DNA of 17,348 bases from Campylobacterota bacterium (lineage in GTDB: Bacteria; Campylobacterota; Campylobacteria; Campylobacterales; Sulfurovaceae). Below the pieces are notes generated by a model. The model made no database searches and was not told where the DNA came from. It saw only the letters and a list, made by a program, of their open reading frames with translations. Below, in pieces: positions 16,468 to 17,348 of the stretch (positions are counted from its first letter, which is position 1; every line of letters starts with the position of its first letter). The position numbers and the translations under genes were made by a program. The DNA is taken from the NCBI GenBank assembly GCA_034722955.1, contig JAYEOM010000041.1:1-17348 (forward strand), given 5' to 3'.

Positions 16468-16541
16468 TAAATAATCTACTCTTAACGCATCACAATGTAT
16501 GATAAGAGAACGATTTGAATACTTTTTGGGAGCTATATAGG

Positions 16542-17222
16542 ATGAAGATTCTTTCTGTAGGAAAAACGATCACACACAGTGGCTTGGAGATCGTCTCTAT
16601 CGAGGCATCATCACTGCTAGAGCATCATGATATTGAGTCTTATGACTATGTCATCATCAATGGCGGAGACGGTACGATTCGCCGTGTACTCAGACAACTT
16701 CATAGCCTGCGATCACCACCCTGCTTTATCCTCAACCCCACAGGCTCATTCAATGTAGTAGCAAAGATCCATCGTGTACCGCCCATCGACAAAACTTTAG
16801 AGAGATTGGCAGATAATGAGCAAGTCAAAATCGAAAAACACCATCTATTCAGACTCAATGATGATATTTTTCTATTCTCAGCAGGCAACATGGGAGATCT
16901 TCAGCATATATTTCTCTCTGAGACACTGCGTTTTGGATGGCTCAAACATGGTATCGGCAAATACCTTTTGGCTGCTCTGCTCCTCCTGCCCAGCCACTTG
17001 ATCATGACCCCTTTTATGTTGATGAGTTCACAGCGTTTTTTCATATTTACCCCACTTCGTATCATCAAAAAATTTGGAAGTTTTTACGGTGAAGTAGATG
17101 AGATCACTATAGATATGGAGAGTGAATACAACATGCTTGAGTTAGATGGAGATATAGTCACCATCCATAGCAAACATCTCCACATCAGGCAAGCAGGGAG
17201 TGTACCTATCGTGATAGGATGA
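16542..17222 (+). CDS. Diacylglycerol/lipid kinase family protein (short)
   Basis: NGGDGT ATP-binding motif, PTGSFN and ELDGD. ATG 16542 preferred over the TTG at 16515. Confidence 0.82.
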   Translation: MKILSVGKTITHSGLEIVSIEASSLLEHHDIESYDYVIINGGDGTIRRVLRQLHSLRSPPCFILNPTGSFNVVAKIHRVPPIDKTLERLADNEQVKIEKHHLFRLNDDIFLFSAGNMGDLQHIFLSETLRFGWLKHGIGKYLLAALLLLPSHLIMTPFMLMSSQRFFIFTPLRIIKKFGSFYGEVDEITIDMESEYNMLELDGDIVTIHSKHLHIRQAGSVPIVIG

Positions 17223-17348
17223 TCCGTTCAAGTGAAAAAGTGATGTATCGTCAAGTCCTAGACTTGTATGCCACAGCAAAAGACTATAACCCTAAAAGTG
17301 GGATAAAAGGAAGATTATTTCCTAAAAATTCAATTATTGCAGCAACAT
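17219..17348 (+). pseudogene. Uncalled ORF open to the window end: RhuM-like fragment apparently fused to an HsdS-like fragment
   Basis: Translates as MIRSSEKVMYRQVLDLYATAKDYNPKSGIKGRLFPKNSIIAAT. The first part resembles the internal RhuM motif IRSSEKxxYRxVLDxYATxxDYDP; the last part resembles the HsdS target-recognition-domain motif KGxLFPxNSIIxxT. Confidence 0.6.

Noticed and set aside
1516..17001. Short antisense or alternate-frame ORFs in the track (e.g. 1516-1779, 5330-5814, 6377-7027, 8995-10153, 11059-11720, 12450-12638, 13595-14529, 15314-15580, 16700-17001)
   Set aside because: They are shadows of well-supported genes with no recognisable motifs.

Overview
AT-rich bacterial chromosomal window. 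Gene content and TATAAT-type promoters suggest Campylobacterota, possibly Sulfurovum-like (inference only). The core holds a Tat-signal flavodoxin, an L,D-transpeptidase, truD, pgsA, an acidic membrane protein, an rseP-yggS-YheT-like hydrolase-pyk operon, an SDR, a split-pqiA/pqiB/pqiC operon and a short diacylglycerol-kinase-family gene. Three accessory patches interrupt it. (1) 1-1350: an orphan membrane ORF, an rloB-like pseudogene fused to an HTH tail resembling a REP-associated tyrosine transposase (RAYT) and ending at a GGGTCAGGTGAT motif, then a ~150-nt fold-back with a strong G.T pairing bias. (2) 11719-12838: a half copy of that fold-back and an intact hicAB module bracketed by two GGGGTCAGGTGAT-ended palindromes. 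(3) 17219-end: an uncalled ORF that reads as an RhuM fragment fused to an HsdS fragment. The best novel-system candidate is a GGGGTCAG-palindrome/HUH-transposase mechanism that captures defence or toxin-antitoxin cargo. All family calls are by motif recognition; no searches were run.
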